Shown here: one piece after another, positions 18,279-29,260 of the stretch
How the letters are laid out: each line of letters starts with the position of its first letter
Numbering within the stretch: position 1 is the stretch's first letter
Assembly (NCBI GenBank): GCA_038062615.1
Contig: JBBTWV010000066.1
Span: 1-40,961, forward strand
Length of the DNA: 40,961 bases
Origin: Patescibacteria group bacterium
GTDB lineage: Bacteria; Patescibacteriota; Gracilibacteria; UBA1369; UM-FILTER-53-11
Reading direction: 5' to 3'
Program-made: the position numbers and the translations under genes
The notes under the pieces: model-generated
Database searches by the model: none
Told to the model about the DNA's origin: nothing
The model's input: only the letters and a program-made list of their open reading frames with translations

Positions 18279-18988
18279 ATGAAACTCCTACGCTCGAATA
18301 ATGTTGCCCCGACATCTTGTCGGGGCATTAATTTCTTAGCCTCGCTGTGGCTCGGCCTGCTAGATTTTTTATTTCCTATTTCATGTGTGGGATGTGCTGC
18401 TGGAAAAACACACTGCTGCCAGCTCTGCTGGGCAAACATTTCAAATCATAGGCCAACCATTCAAAAAATTTCACATGCCGATAATGAACCTGGACTGGAT
18501 GGAATTATTTATGCTGCGGTTCATCAAGAAAAATCACCTCTCTCACAACTTATTCATCGTTTAAATATGACGGCGCGCAGGAAATTGGCAAAATTTTGGC
18601 GCAATTTTTTATAAACATAAAATCACCAGCAGATTTCTCGATCCTCATCCCGGTGCCTCTTCATCCACGCCGACATCGCTTCCGAGGTTTTAATCAAAGC
18701 AAAATTCTGGCTCAAGAAATAGGCAAATACTGGCAAAGTCCGGTACAAGAAATCTTAAAACGCCACCGTTACACTCCCCCGCAAGTGGAACTGAGTCGAA
18801 ACAATCGGCTCAAAAATGTGCGTGGTGCATTTTCTCTCATATATGGCACCCGCATCAACCCGCAAGCAACCTACTTTCTCATTGACGATGTCTGCACTAC
18901 TGGAACCACCCTTCGCGAGTGCGCACGAGTTCTTAAACATCACGGCGCCCAAAAAGTCTGGGGCTTCGTCATCGCTCGCGCCCTGTGA
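18279..18988 (+). pseudogene. comF: ComF family phosphoribosyltransferase, split by a -1 frameshift near 18560-18566
   Basis: Frame 1 has 'LLDFLFP..C.GC....C..C' and 'LIHR'. The -1 frame continues 'KYDG.QEIGKILA', 'IPVPLH..R...RGFNQS' and 'LIDDVCTTGTTL'. It may be a pseudogene, an assembly error or a recoded gene. Confidence 0.8.
18303..18358. repeat. Palindromic element family A, in frame within comF 5' end
   Basis: TGCCCCGACA-TCT-TGTCGGGGCA plus TAGCCTCGCTGTGGCTCGGCCT; read in the same frame as the 17303 copy. Confidence 0.9.
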
Positions 18989-19001
18989 TACCCTGCAAAT
19001 A

Positions 19002-20102
19002 ATGAAGATCGCCCTCGTCCACGACTACCTTACCCGGCTTGGCGGCGCTGAGCGGGTTTTAAAATGCCTCAGCGAGCTTTTTCCGCAGGCGCCCATCTAC
19101 ACCCTGCTCTATGACGAAGCCAAAGTCGGTGAGGTTTTCCCAAAAAATAAAATCATTACTTCGCGTCTGCAAAAATGGCCGGCGTTTTTACGCAAACACC
19201 ACCGTTACCTTGTATCCATGCTGCCGCGGCTGGTGGAAGAGTGGGATTTTTCGGATTTTGACTTGGTAATTACCTCCAGCAGCGCTTTTACCCACGGCAT
19301 CATCACTCCCACAAAGACTCATCACCTCTGCTACTACCACTCACCCATGCGCTTTGCTTGGGACTGGACGCATGAGTACATCCAAGAACAGCGCATCGGT
19401 CCCCTGCGCAAAATCGCCATTGCTCACATCCTCAAAAAGCTTCGAATGTGGGACCAAACGGTTTGTGATCGGCCAGATACTATCATCGCCAACTCACAGC
19501 ACGTAGAACGGCGAATCAAAAAATATTATCACCGCGATGCTCAAGTTATCTATCCGCCGGTGGATATTTCCCGCTTTCAAATTTCAAAAAGAAAGGCTGC
19601 TCCTGAAGATTTTTTCTTGATTATCTCAACCCTTACGCCCTATAAACGCGTAGATTTGGCCGTCCAGCTCTTTAACAAAATCGGCAAAAAACTAGTGATC
19701 ATTGGGGATGGACCGCAACGTGAATTTCTACAAAATATTGCTGCAGAAAATATTCAATTTTTGGGATATCAGAGTGATGAAGCCGCTGCGGAGTATTTGC
19801 AAAACTGCCGCGCCATGATTTTTCCCGGCGAGGAAGATTTTGGAATCACGCCCATTGAAGCTATGGCTTGCGGAAAACCGGTGCTGGCTTACGGCCAAGG
19901 TGGCGTAACAGAATCCGTTATTGCTGGGGTAACCGGAGAGTTTTTTCATCAACCTACGGTAACTTCCATGGAGCAGGGTTTGGCACAGCTCATCCTCAAC
20001 GAAAAAAATTACGATCCGGCGGCATGCAGAAGACAGGCCGAAAAATTCACCAAGGAGATCTTTGTGGATCAGATTAAAAAAATCGTAAAAACGATAGCTT
20101 AG
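19002..20102 (+). CDS. Glycosyltransferase family 4 (GT-B)
   Basis: Start ATG 19002 (MKIALVHDYL..LGGAERV); 'YYHSPMR', 'IANS', 'YKRVDL', 'EEDFGITPIEAMACGKPV' (EX7E). Confidence 0.9.
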   Translation: MKIALVHDYLTRLGGAERVLKCLSELFPQAPIYTLLYDEAKVGEVFPKNKIITSRLQKWPAFLRKHHRYLVSMLPRLVEEWDFSDFDLVITSSSAFTHGIITPTKTHHLCYYHSPMRFAWDWTHEYIQEQRIGPLRKIAIAHILKKLRMWDQTVCDRPDTIIANSQHVERRIKKYYHRDAQVIYPPVDISRFQISKRKAAPEDFFLIISTLTPYKRVDLAVQLFNKIGKKLVIIGDGPQREFLQNIAAENIQFLGYQSDEAAAEYLQNCRAMIFPGEEDFGITPIEAMACGKPVLAYGQGGVTESVIAGVTGEFFHQPTVTSMEQGLAQLILNEKNYDPAACRRQAEKFTKEIFVDQIKKIVKTIA

Positions 20103-20239
20103 CTGACGTGGCCATTTCCCTCGAATAGATGGAGCGCAGCCCCCCTCCACCCGCTTCGCGGCTTCCAGGGGACGCTCGCCACATGTGACTCGCTCTGCTT
20201 CCTAAATAATCTATTCTCGAAAAATGATCCACGTCAGCT
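20101..20239. repeat. MITE-like/structured element with perfect 11-bp terminal inverted repeats
   Basis: AGCTGACGTGG (20101-20111) / CCACGTCAGCT (20229-20239). The stem extends inward (CATTT..GAATAGAT / ATCTATTC..AAATG) and encloses internal hairpins. Confidence 0.7.
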
Positions 20240-20260
20240 CTTTTCATTAAGTCCACTTTC

Positions 20261-20269
20261 TGCTATAAT
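20261..20269 (+). promoter_or_regulatory. Putative extended -10 promoter giving a near-leaderless transcript
   Basis: TGCTATAAT ends 8 nt before the ATG at 20278. Confidence 0.55.
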
Positions 20270-20277
20270 TTTATGAT

Positions 20278-20520
20278 ATGCCAAGTACAACAGGACTCCA
20301 ACTCGAAGACCTCATTCTCAGCTCACGCTCGCTGACCCTGGAAGAAAAACAGGATTTGCTTAAGCGGCTCGATACACTGGACGAAGACAAGAAAACAAAA
20401 TTGCGCGAAGTTCTTGAACGAGAATTGCAATCCTTTCAAAAAATGGATCAGATAGCACTTAGGGCGCTTCAAGAGTTCACCCAAGATCTGAGGCCACTGA
20501 CGCAAGCACTACAAATATAA
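20278..20520 (+). CDS. Small helical hypothetical protein (paralogue 2 of 3)
   Basis: 80 aa; 'LILSSRSLTLEEKQDLL..L..L.....KLREVLERE' aligns with the ORFs at 5659 and 31919. Confidence 0.75.
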   Translation: MPSTTGLQLEDLILSSRSLTLEEKQDLLKRLDTLDEDKKTKLREVLERELQSFQKMDQIALRALQEFTQDLRPLTQALQI

Positions 20521-20530
20521 ATAAAAATAT

Positions 20531-21208
20531 ATGACAGACAACCCTGGAGAAATAACAAATCAATTTAAAAAAGCTGCCGAACCGGCGCTTGATCAAGCAA
20601 AGCGTGAATATGCCGAGGCTAAACTCCCTGCTACCAGCGCCACAAGATTAGCGTATGCAACAGAAATATCCGATGCGCTTGATGCTCTTCAAGATGCAGC
20701 TGAAAAAGCCAGAGAAAATATCGAAGCAGCGTTACAAAATCCTGAACTCACTCCTGAACAACGCCAAGCGCTGAGTGAAGCTTTTGCTGATAGGCTCACC
20801 TATGCTCTAGAAAAATTAAAAAGAAATCTGCCAGAACCAGAGAGCGACACCGATACCATTGATCAAACGAGAAAAGAGCTGGACCTCATTGGTAGATTTG
20901 CAACCTTAGGGCCAAGAGATACATGGAAAACACGACTGAGCACACAAGTTGCAAAATGGATTGCCGAAATAAAGCATGACCCAGAAGCTGTTGCTGCAGG
21001 TATTGTTGCCGGAATAGAAGGAGCACGCGCCGGACATGACACCGAAATACAAACACAACAAGCAGAAGCTGAAGCGGCGGCTGTAACGGCAGAAGGAGTA
21101 CGAACGGCTCAAGCACAAAGTGGTGAATTGGTAGCTAGACCGTATGGCGAGGATGGCGCTATAGAACTTGTGAGAGCAGATCAAGTAAACGAGCAGAAAC
21201 CACAGTAA
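20531..21208 (+). CDS. Hypothetical Ala/Glu-rich helical protein
   Basis: 225 aa ORF with coiled-coil-like composition; no recognisable motif. Confidence 0.65.
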   Translation: MTDNPGEITNQFKKAAEPALDQAKREYAEAKLPATSATRLAYATEISDALDALQDAAEKARENIEAALQNPELTPEQRQALSEAFADRLTYALEKLKRNLPEPESDTDTIDQTRKELDLIGRFATLGPRDTWKTRLSTQVAKWIAEIKHDPEAVAAGIVAGIEGARAGHDTEIQTQQAEAEAAAVTAEGVRTAQAQSGELVARPYGEDGAIELVRADQVNEQKPQ

Positions 21209-21240
21209 CAGTCACATATTTTTTAGACTTTTCCCTGCTA

Positions 21241-21249
21241 TGGTACAAT
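21241..21249 (+). promoter_or_regulatory. Putative extended -10 promoter of dnaX
   Basis: TGGTACAAT ends 25 nt upstream of the ATG at 21275. Confidence 0.45.
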
Positions 21250-21274
21250 CCCTAGCGCTTCTTTAGCCTATACC

Positions 21275-22870
21275 ATGTCCCTCTACAGCAAATATCGCCC
21301 TCAGAATTTTGCCAACCTGGTGGGCCAGGAGCACATTCGCATCACCCTCCTGCATGAGATTCAAAAAGGCACGGTTTCGCATGCCTACCTTTTTGCCGGG
21401 CCTCGCGGGACGGGGAAGACTTCCACGGCGCGACTTATTGCTAAAGCGCTTAACTGCGAAAAAAAGAATGCCGAAGGTGAACCATGTGATGCCTGCAACT
21501 TGTGCACCACTATTAAAGAAGGCGGACTCATTGATGTGATTGAAGTGGACGCTGCCAGCAATCGCGGCATTGATGAGATTCGCGATTTGAAGGAAAAAAT
21601 TAAATTTGCGCCAACATTGGCCAAGTCAAAAACCTACATCATTGATGAGGTGCATATGCTTACTAAAGAGGCATTTAATGCGCTTTTAAAAACCTTGGAG
21701 GAACCTCCCGAAAATGTGTACTTTATTTTATGCACCACGGAAGTCCACAAAATTCCCGAGACGATTATTTCTCGCTGCCAGCGTTTTGATTTCAAGCGGA
21801 TTGATATGAAGACGATTATGACGCGCCTCAGTTATATTGCGCAGATGGAAAAAATTGAGGCCGAAGAACAAGCTATTGATCTCATTGCAAGGCACGTAGA
21901 GGGTGGTTTACGCGATGCCATAGGGCTTTTTGAGCAGATGGCCATCTCTGGAAAACTTTTGGCGGATCATGTGCGCGTGCATTTGGGAATCACTGGCCAC
22001 GAAACCATAACGGCGCTTTTGGATGTATTAGAGAAAAAAGAAACCGCTAAGGCACTGCACTTAATTAATGAGGTGCACCATGAAGGATACGACTTAACGG
22101 CTTTTGTGCGTGAAGTTTTAGAATGCCTGCGCGAAAGGCTCATTGCCGGCGTCTTAAAAACGGGACCTGGATCACCTCTTTGGCTGGGAATGATTGAGCG
22201 ATTTGAGGAGGCTCGCGACATGCTTCGCAACACGGTTATTCCCCAGTTACCACTCGAAATTGCGGTGATAAAAATTTGCGGTACGACGGGCACAAGCCCG
22301 CTCATGGAAAGCGTAAAAGAAGAGAAAAAAGAAGAGGTAAAAAACGAAGTACCAGCAGCAAGGATAAAAGCAAAAGTTGAGGACGCCATTGAGACGGCGC
22401 AGGCTCAAAAAGGCGAAGTAGAAACCGCACAGACACTCAAACAAGAAATTGAAATGGAGGCCTATAAAGGCGATGGCAAAGTGGTAAAGCTGTGGCAACG
22501 CGTGCTGGAGAATATCCAGCCACCATCCCTACGAAGATCCATGGCCGAGGCCAAAATTGCCGGAGAAAAAGACGAGACATTAACCCTGCTCTTCAACTCA
22601 AAATTTCACATGGAGAAAGTGAATAACGCCGAGAGCAAAACGAAAATTGAAAGTGCCGTAAATAAGCTCGTAGGAAAAAGCTTTAAGGTTATATGCCAAC
22701 TGGATGCCAGTCTGCAAATAGAAGTACCAGCCGTAAGAGAAACCAAACAACCCCAAGTTCCAACGCGTGTCGCGACAGGCGGTCGCGACCAAAAAGCACA
22801 GGCTAAACTCGCTAAAAAATCTCAGGACGTTGCCGCGGAAGCCATGGAAATTTTTGGCGAAGAGTTTTAG
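21275..22870 (+). CDS. dnaX: DNA polymerase III subunit gamma/tau
   Basis: 'LYSKYRPQ.F..LVGQ', Walker A GPRGTGKTS, zinc module C..C..C, 'EVDAASNRGIDEIR', 'IIDEVHML', 'SRCQRFDF'. Confidence 0.97.
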   Translation: MSLYSKYRPQNFANLVGQEHIRITLLHEIQKGTVSHAYLFAGPRGTGKTSTARLIAKALNCEKKNAEGEPCDACNLCTTIKEGGLIDVIEVDAASNRGIDEIRDLKEKIKFAPTLAKSKTYIIDEVHMLTKEAFNALLKTLEEPPENVYFILCTTEVHKIPETIISRCQRFDFKRIDMKTIMTRLSYIAQMEKIEAEEQAIDLIARHVEGGLRDAIGLFEQMAISGKLLADHVRVHLGITGHETITALLDVLEKKETAKALHLINEVHHEGYDLTAFVREVLECLRERLIAGVLKTGPGSPLWLGMIERFEEARDMLRNTVIPQLPLEIAVIKICGTTGTSPLMESVKEEKKEEVKNEVPAARIKAKVEDAIETAQAQKGEVETAQTLKQEIEMEAYKGDGKVVKLWQRVLENIQPPSLRRSMAEAKIAGEKDETLTLLFNSKFHMEKVNNAESKTKIESAVNKLVGKSFKVICQLDASLQIEVPAVRETKQPQVPTRVATGGRDQKAQAKLAKKSQDVAAEAMEIFGEEF

Positions 22871-22880
22871 TTGCGTAAGA

Positions 22881-22893
22881 TGTCATTGCGAGC
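22881..22893. repeat. Remnant of family-B palindrome (TGTCATTGCGAGC)
   Basis: 13-nt match to the terminal arm of the elements in ligA and mnmA, 10 nt after the dnaX stop. Confidence 0.5.
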
Positions 22894-22933
22894 AAAAATA
22901 ATTATGCACCCTACACTGGTGTTACCAACAATT

Positions 22934-23128
22934 ATGAATGACGAAAAAGAAGAAGCGGAAAATGAAATTGTAAAAGAAGCAGTTGCTCAATTAGATGGTC
23001 GTCCAACTGAAGACGATAATATAGCAACAATAAGAAAAAGATCAGCAAGAGCAGCAAAATTAGCTCCAAGTTCTGCAATCAGAATTGGAAGAAAATTCTT
23101 ACAAGAAACTGATGTTGAAAAACATTAA
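22934..23128 (+). CDS. Small hypothetical protein (64 aa)
   Basis: AT-rich ORF between dnaX and the convergent ligA; ATG 22934 is preferred over the TTG at 22871. Confidence 0.45.
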   Translation: MNDEKEEAENEIVKEAVAQLDGRPTEDDNIATIRKRSARAAKLAPSSAIRIGRKFLQETDVEKH

Positions 23129-23132
23129 AAAT

Positions 23133-25193
<2,061 letters not shown>

Positions 25194-25257
25194 TTATAGC
25201 TCTTGAGGAAAAAACGATTTTCTGGTATGATTATAAGATTAAAAAACAAAAGAACCT

Positions 25258-25632
25258 ATGGCAAATACAGACCAGAATCAAATAAATCCAGAGACGCAAA
25301 AAATTCTCAACCAGCCTCTGCAAAAAAAGGCAGGCCTTTCGGCCGAGGATCAGGCGTTTTTAAACCTCGTGGTGGATAGAGTTGATCGCGGAGAGATTAA
25401 GCTTTTGCAACCTGATACGCTCATCAACCATGCGATTTATGATGCATTGCCCGAAGAGCAAAAAGGCAAAGTGGATTTTGATGCGGTAAACCTAGCATCT
25501 ACCCTGCGCAACATCTACGACCTGTGGAAAGCTGAGCCCATAGCCACTTTCCAGATTGAAAACATGGTGCGCCAAGCCCGCCTCACCAAAGAACGATTTG
25601 AGGAAATTTCGGGCGACGTTTACGTGATCTAA
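25258..25632 (+). CDS. Hypothetical protein, first gene of the 25-32 kb operon
   Basis: 124 aa globular-looking ORF after a TGGTATGAT box (25223-25231); 13-nt gap to the next gene. Confidence 0.75.
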   Translation: MANTDQNQINPETQKILNQPLQKKAGLSAEDQAFLNLVVDRVDRGEIKLLQPDTLINHAIYDALPEEQKGKVDFDAVNLASTLRNIYDLWKAEPIATFQIENMVRQARLTKERFEEISGDVYVI

Positions 25633-25645
25633 ATTCAAAATCAAA

Positions 25646-27103
25646 ATGGAAATCAAATTTCAAAAAATCCAAAATACAAAATTTTTAACGGCTGAAGCGC
25701 GGCTGGTGTTTTTGCAGGAAGGCGGACCAGCGACTTCAGAAACACCAAGAAGTGCCACCGACCAACTCAAGGCCGGCATGCAAAAGCTTGCCGAAAAAGA
25801 AGCGCAAAATGCTCTCGGGGAGGCCGTGCATTTTGATGAAGTAAAAAACGATTTAAACAAATTCGGCGATTTGATGGATCGGCTGGCAGGCGCTTTTCAC
25901 GACAACTGGGACAAATTCTTGGCCATATTTGCCCCATTGGATATGCGTCCTAGTGAAATTGATGCCGCCGTGAACCGTCCCGATGACATGGTCGCGCAAA
26001 TTACCAATCCGGATATTCCTCCCGAAGATGCTTTTCAAAGAGCCACGCATGCCAATGCGGCGTTGGATCGCAATCCGACGTGGAATAATTACATCGAAAA
26101 AGCCGCAGAGGATTACGGGTTTCCCGAGACCATGCTCACTGCATTCATCGAAATGGAGTCCAGTTTTGATCCCAACAAAAGGCCCCTAGATTCAAAAACC
26201 AAAAAACCCCGAACCTCTGCTTTAGGACTTGCACAAGCACTGAATGATCAGTTTAACGTGTATCGCCGAGAAAAACCAAATCTCACTGCAGATCCCACAG
26301 ATCCTGCCGCGGCCATAGATTTTATGGGATGGCATTTAACGCGAACGATTCGTGAAGTCAATGACGAAGTAGATCAGCAAGTGCAACGCGAAAATTTCCC
26401 AGAAAGTTACAAACTTTCTCCAGAGTCCGATACGCAGTACCTGTACATGGCGTATAACAGCGGCGGATTGGGGTACTTAAAGTTGCGACGTTATATGGAT
26501 AATCCCACGCCGGAAAATTTTGACGGCCTCACGAGTTCGCAAAAAAAAGATCACGGAACCGAAAAAGATGGGACATTGTATTACGAATGGGAGCTGCGAA
26601 GCCGTTATGCCAAGCGCGTGGAAGAAACTCAAAAAGCTTACGAAAAAATCAGCATTGATGCAGAAATTGCCATACAGTTTGATACACCACCATTGCCAGC
26701 GGTCAGGAAAACGTCGGGATATGGCGACCGCATTCATCCTCTACATCATGACAAAAGATTCCATAACGGTGTGGATTATGGCGCGCCGGAAGGAACCCCG
26801 GTATATGCAGTAAAAGCCGGCGTGATTGCGGCAATTGTACCAGACAGGCCCGATGGCATTTCTGGAAATTACGTCATTATTCGCCATGAAGACGGTTCCA
26901 GAACAGAATATTTGCACCTCAATAGTTTTGCTGCCGGCCTTACCAAAGAACAACAAGTAACAGCCGGTACGATTATTGGAGCCGTAGGACAAACTGGCGG
27001 CGCCACCGGACCGCATCTTCATTTCATGTACCGCGATCCAAAAGGGAGAGTTCGGAATCCAGAAGCTGCCGTAGTAACTGCTATAGCCAACAAAAATCAA
27101 TAA
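25646..27103 (+). CDS. Bifunctional peptidoglycan hydrolase: SLT lytic transglycosylase + M23 metallopeptidase
   Basis: SLT motifs 'AFIEMESSF', 'ALGLAQ', 'YMAYNSG'. M23 motifs 'TSGYG.R.HP', HNGVD (HxxxD), 'YLHL', 'TGPHLHF' (HxH). No Sec signal peptide. Confidence 0.88.
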   Translation: MEIKFQKIQNTKFLTAEARLVFLQEGGPATSETPRSATDQLKAGMQKLAEKEAQNALGEAVHFDEVKNDLNKFGDLMDRLAGAFHDNWDKFLAIFAPLDMRPSEIDAAVNRPDDMVAQITNPDIPPEDAFQRATHANAALDRNPTWNNYIEKAAEDYGFPETMLTAFIEMESSFDPNKRPLDSKTKKPRTSALGLAQALNDQFNVYRREKPNLTADPTDPAAAIDFMGWHLTRTIREVNDEVDQQVQRENFPESYKLSPESDTQYLYMAYNSGGLGYLKLRRYMDNPTPENFDGLTSSQKKDHGTEKDGTLYYEWELRSRYAKRVEETQKAYEKISIDAEIAIQFDTPPLPAVRKTSGYGDRIHPLHHDKRFHNGVDYGAPEGTPVYAVKAGVIAAIVPDRPDGISGNYVIIRHEDGSRTEYLHLNSFAAGLTKEQQVTAGTIIGAVGQTGGATGPHLHFMYRDPKGRVRNPEAAVVTAIANKNQ

Positions 27104-27109
27104 AATTTT

Positions 27110-29251
27110 ATGATCGGAAAAATATTTTTACAATTTGATGAAGGCAAGCCGGCAAGGTTGGTGTGGAATGGAGAGACACCAGAAGCACACGCAGCGCCAA
27201 GAGCCGCACCTGAACCTCGCCGTGCGCCAGATGCTAATGCAGGAGAAAGAGCAAAGAGAAAAGGCGAAAGAAAACTCGACCGTGTAGCTAATGCTGCCGG
27301 CGATGCCAAGGGACCAGAAGTTGAAACAACGGAAGTTACTCTTGAAAAAGCCAATAGTGTACAGCAAAAATATGCAGCAAAAATTAATGAGTATTCTACC
27401 GAACTCATCAAAAAACCAAATGAATATGCCGGACTTCGCAAAAAACTTATTGAATCCATTCCAACTGATAATAATGAACGCGCCGCAGTGGAAGCTTTAC
27501 TGAATGGTCTTATAAAAATACCGGTGCATCCTGCTGAAGGTGAAAATCCAAAAACGCTAGAACTTGCCAGAAAACTCCTTAAGGGCGAAGAAATGCCTGC
27601 CCATGAAGCACTCGCTGCTGCTGCCGGTGTTGCTGTCTCGCTCACAGAAGCCCAATACGAAACTTTGGCTAATGAAAATATCATTGATAAAACAAAAATT
27701 AAAACTGTTGCTGATCTTTCTAAAATTATTCTTGAAGCATATACGGCTAAAAATCTCCCCGTGATGATTGCGGGAGCCCAACTGGTAGAAACCGGAAAGC
27801 TCTTTGAAAGATACAAAGACGGTTATAAAAAATATATTGAGAATCCAACCGACGAAGCCAAAAAAACATTTTTGACCTCAATTCAGGATGAGGGAGAGAG
27901 AACAAAAGTCCAAAAAGCTATGGAGGATCCCGCAACGAATGCAGAAAAGCAAGCCGTGCTTTTGTTCACCTTAGATAATAAAAAATTGGCTCCGGGCGAA
28001 ATTGCAAAAAATCTGGCAGAAGGAAAACTCAATATACGTGAAGGAAATATCGCTGGTGAACTTATTACTGATAAAGATATTGCTGAGTTTGAAAAGTCAG
28101 ATCCTCCAAGAATTACCCCTGAAGAAGCCAAAGATTGGAGAGATAAGTTGCAGCAAGTAGCCAAGGACGCCGCACCTTCTAACCTTCCAGAGAAAAAAGA
28201 CTGGATGCAACAGACTTTTGAAACTATTAAAAAGTTTTTTGAGAAAATCAGTGCGCTTCTTGCTAAGGCTCTCAGCGGAGTTTCCAATATCACGGAAGGT
28301 CCTAAGTTTGATAAGTCTCCGCTAGGTGATGGTAAAGGCAAGTTCAAAACCGGAGAGTATACAAAAGGCCAGCCCTTAATAATTGAAGCCAATGAAGACG
28401 CGCCAGTTTCTGCCGTACACGATGGAAAAGTGGTTGATAAAGGAGACGATTTCGTCGTTATTCAAGAAGGAGAAAAAGGTCCAAAAATTAGATACAGCAA
28501 CCTCATCCCTGATATCGCAGTGGTAAAAGATGCGCCAATAAAAGCCGAAGCAGTTATTGGGACTATAAAAGACGGCAACGGCCTTGGATTCCAATCCTTT
28601 GATGCGAGTGGAGAAGAACAAGATCCTACCTCTCTATTAAGAGACTTCATTGAAAAACCTGCACCCGTAACTCCACCTGCGGCACCGGCAGGAGCACCAG
28701 CAGCCGCACCAACCGCAGAACCGGTTGCGCCAGCAGGAGTTGCAGTAGCACCCGGTGCAATAGGTGCTGGGAAAGAAGCCGAATTAAGAGCCCTAGATGG
28801 CACACCGCTTGCAACACAACCTGTTGATGCCGCCGCCGAAGCAGAAACCGCACGAAAAGCACTCAATTCTCAAATGATCACCAATGCCAACGAAGCCTTT
28901 AATCATGGTTACAATCCCAATACTCCTGGTAATCCCACGCTTATACTTGAAGCAGTACCATTCATTGATGGAGATAAAATAACCAATATAAAAATGGAGA
29001 TCTCAAAGAACCAAATCGCCATTGGAGGGAAAAAATACAATATGACTCTCCCCAGCGGGACTGAGCTTCAAGGCATTATTCCGGCCAATGAAGAAAATCC
29101 CCAGCCGAGTTTTGTCTTCACCGGCGACAAAAAAATTCCACTCATCGAAATCCTTCCCAGATTTGATGAACTCCGAACAAGTAACGACGATACAGTCCAC
29201 GAATATACCTTCAATTCAGGGATTACACTTACATTTAATAAAACTTCGTAA
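27110..29251 (+). CDS. Large protein with degenerate M23/LytM domain, Ala/Pro linker and unrecognised C-terminal domain
   Basis: 'PVSAVHDGKVV....FVVIQ.....IRYSNL.....IKA..VIGT.....LGF.......QDP' follows the M23 fold pattern but lacks HxxxD and HxH. C-terminal domain is shared with the next ORF. Confidence 0.7.
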   Translation: MIGKIFLQFDEGKPARLVWNGETPEAHAAPRAAPEPRRAPDANAGERAKRKGERKLDRVANAAGDAKGPEVETTEVTLEKANSVQQKYAAKINEYSTELIKKPNEYAGLRKKLIESIPTDNNERAAVEALLNGLIKIPVHPAEGENPKTLELARKLLKGEEMPAHEALAAAAGVAVSLTEAQYETLANENIIDKTKIKTVADLSKIILEAYTAKNLPVMIAGAQLVETGKLFERYKDGYKKYIENPTDEAKKTFLTSIQDEGERTKVQKAMEDPATNAEKQAVLLFTLDNKKLAPGEIAKNLAEGKLNIREGNIAGELITDKDIAEFEKSDPPRITPEEAKDWRDKLQQVAKDAAPSNLPEKKDWMQQTFETIKKFFEKISALLAKALSGVSNITEGPKFDKSPLGDGKGKFKTGEYTKGQPLIIEANEDAPVSAVHDGKVVDKGDDFVVIQEGEKGPKIRYSNLIPDIAVVKDAPIKAEAVIGTIKDGNGLGFQSFDASGEEQDPTSLLRDFIEKPAPVTPPAAPAGAPAAAPTAEPVAPAGVAVAPGAIGAGKEAELRALDGTPLATQPVDAAAEAETARKALNSQMITNANEAFNHGYNPNTPGNPTLILEAVPFIDGDKITNIKMEISKNQIAIGGKKYNMTLPSGTELQGIIPANEENPQPSFVFTGDKKIPLIEILPRFDELRTSNDDTVHEYTFNSGITLTFNKTS

Positions 29252-29260
29252 CTCTTTAGT

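Noticed and set aside
18816-19001. 62-aa N-terminal extension of the GT4 ORF
   Set aside because: It overlaps comF in another frame; GT4 homology begins at MKIALVHD (19002).
20101-20239. 6S RNA or SRP RNA call
   Set aside because: No SRP helix-8 motif is visible, and it is shorter and more branched than typical 6S; left as an unassigned structured element.
22315-22340. Programmed -1 frameshift in dnaX (gamma/tau)
   Set aside because: The A-rich run reads GAG AAA AAA GAA in frame, not A_AAA_AAG; it is only 6 A long and has no evident downstream hairpin.
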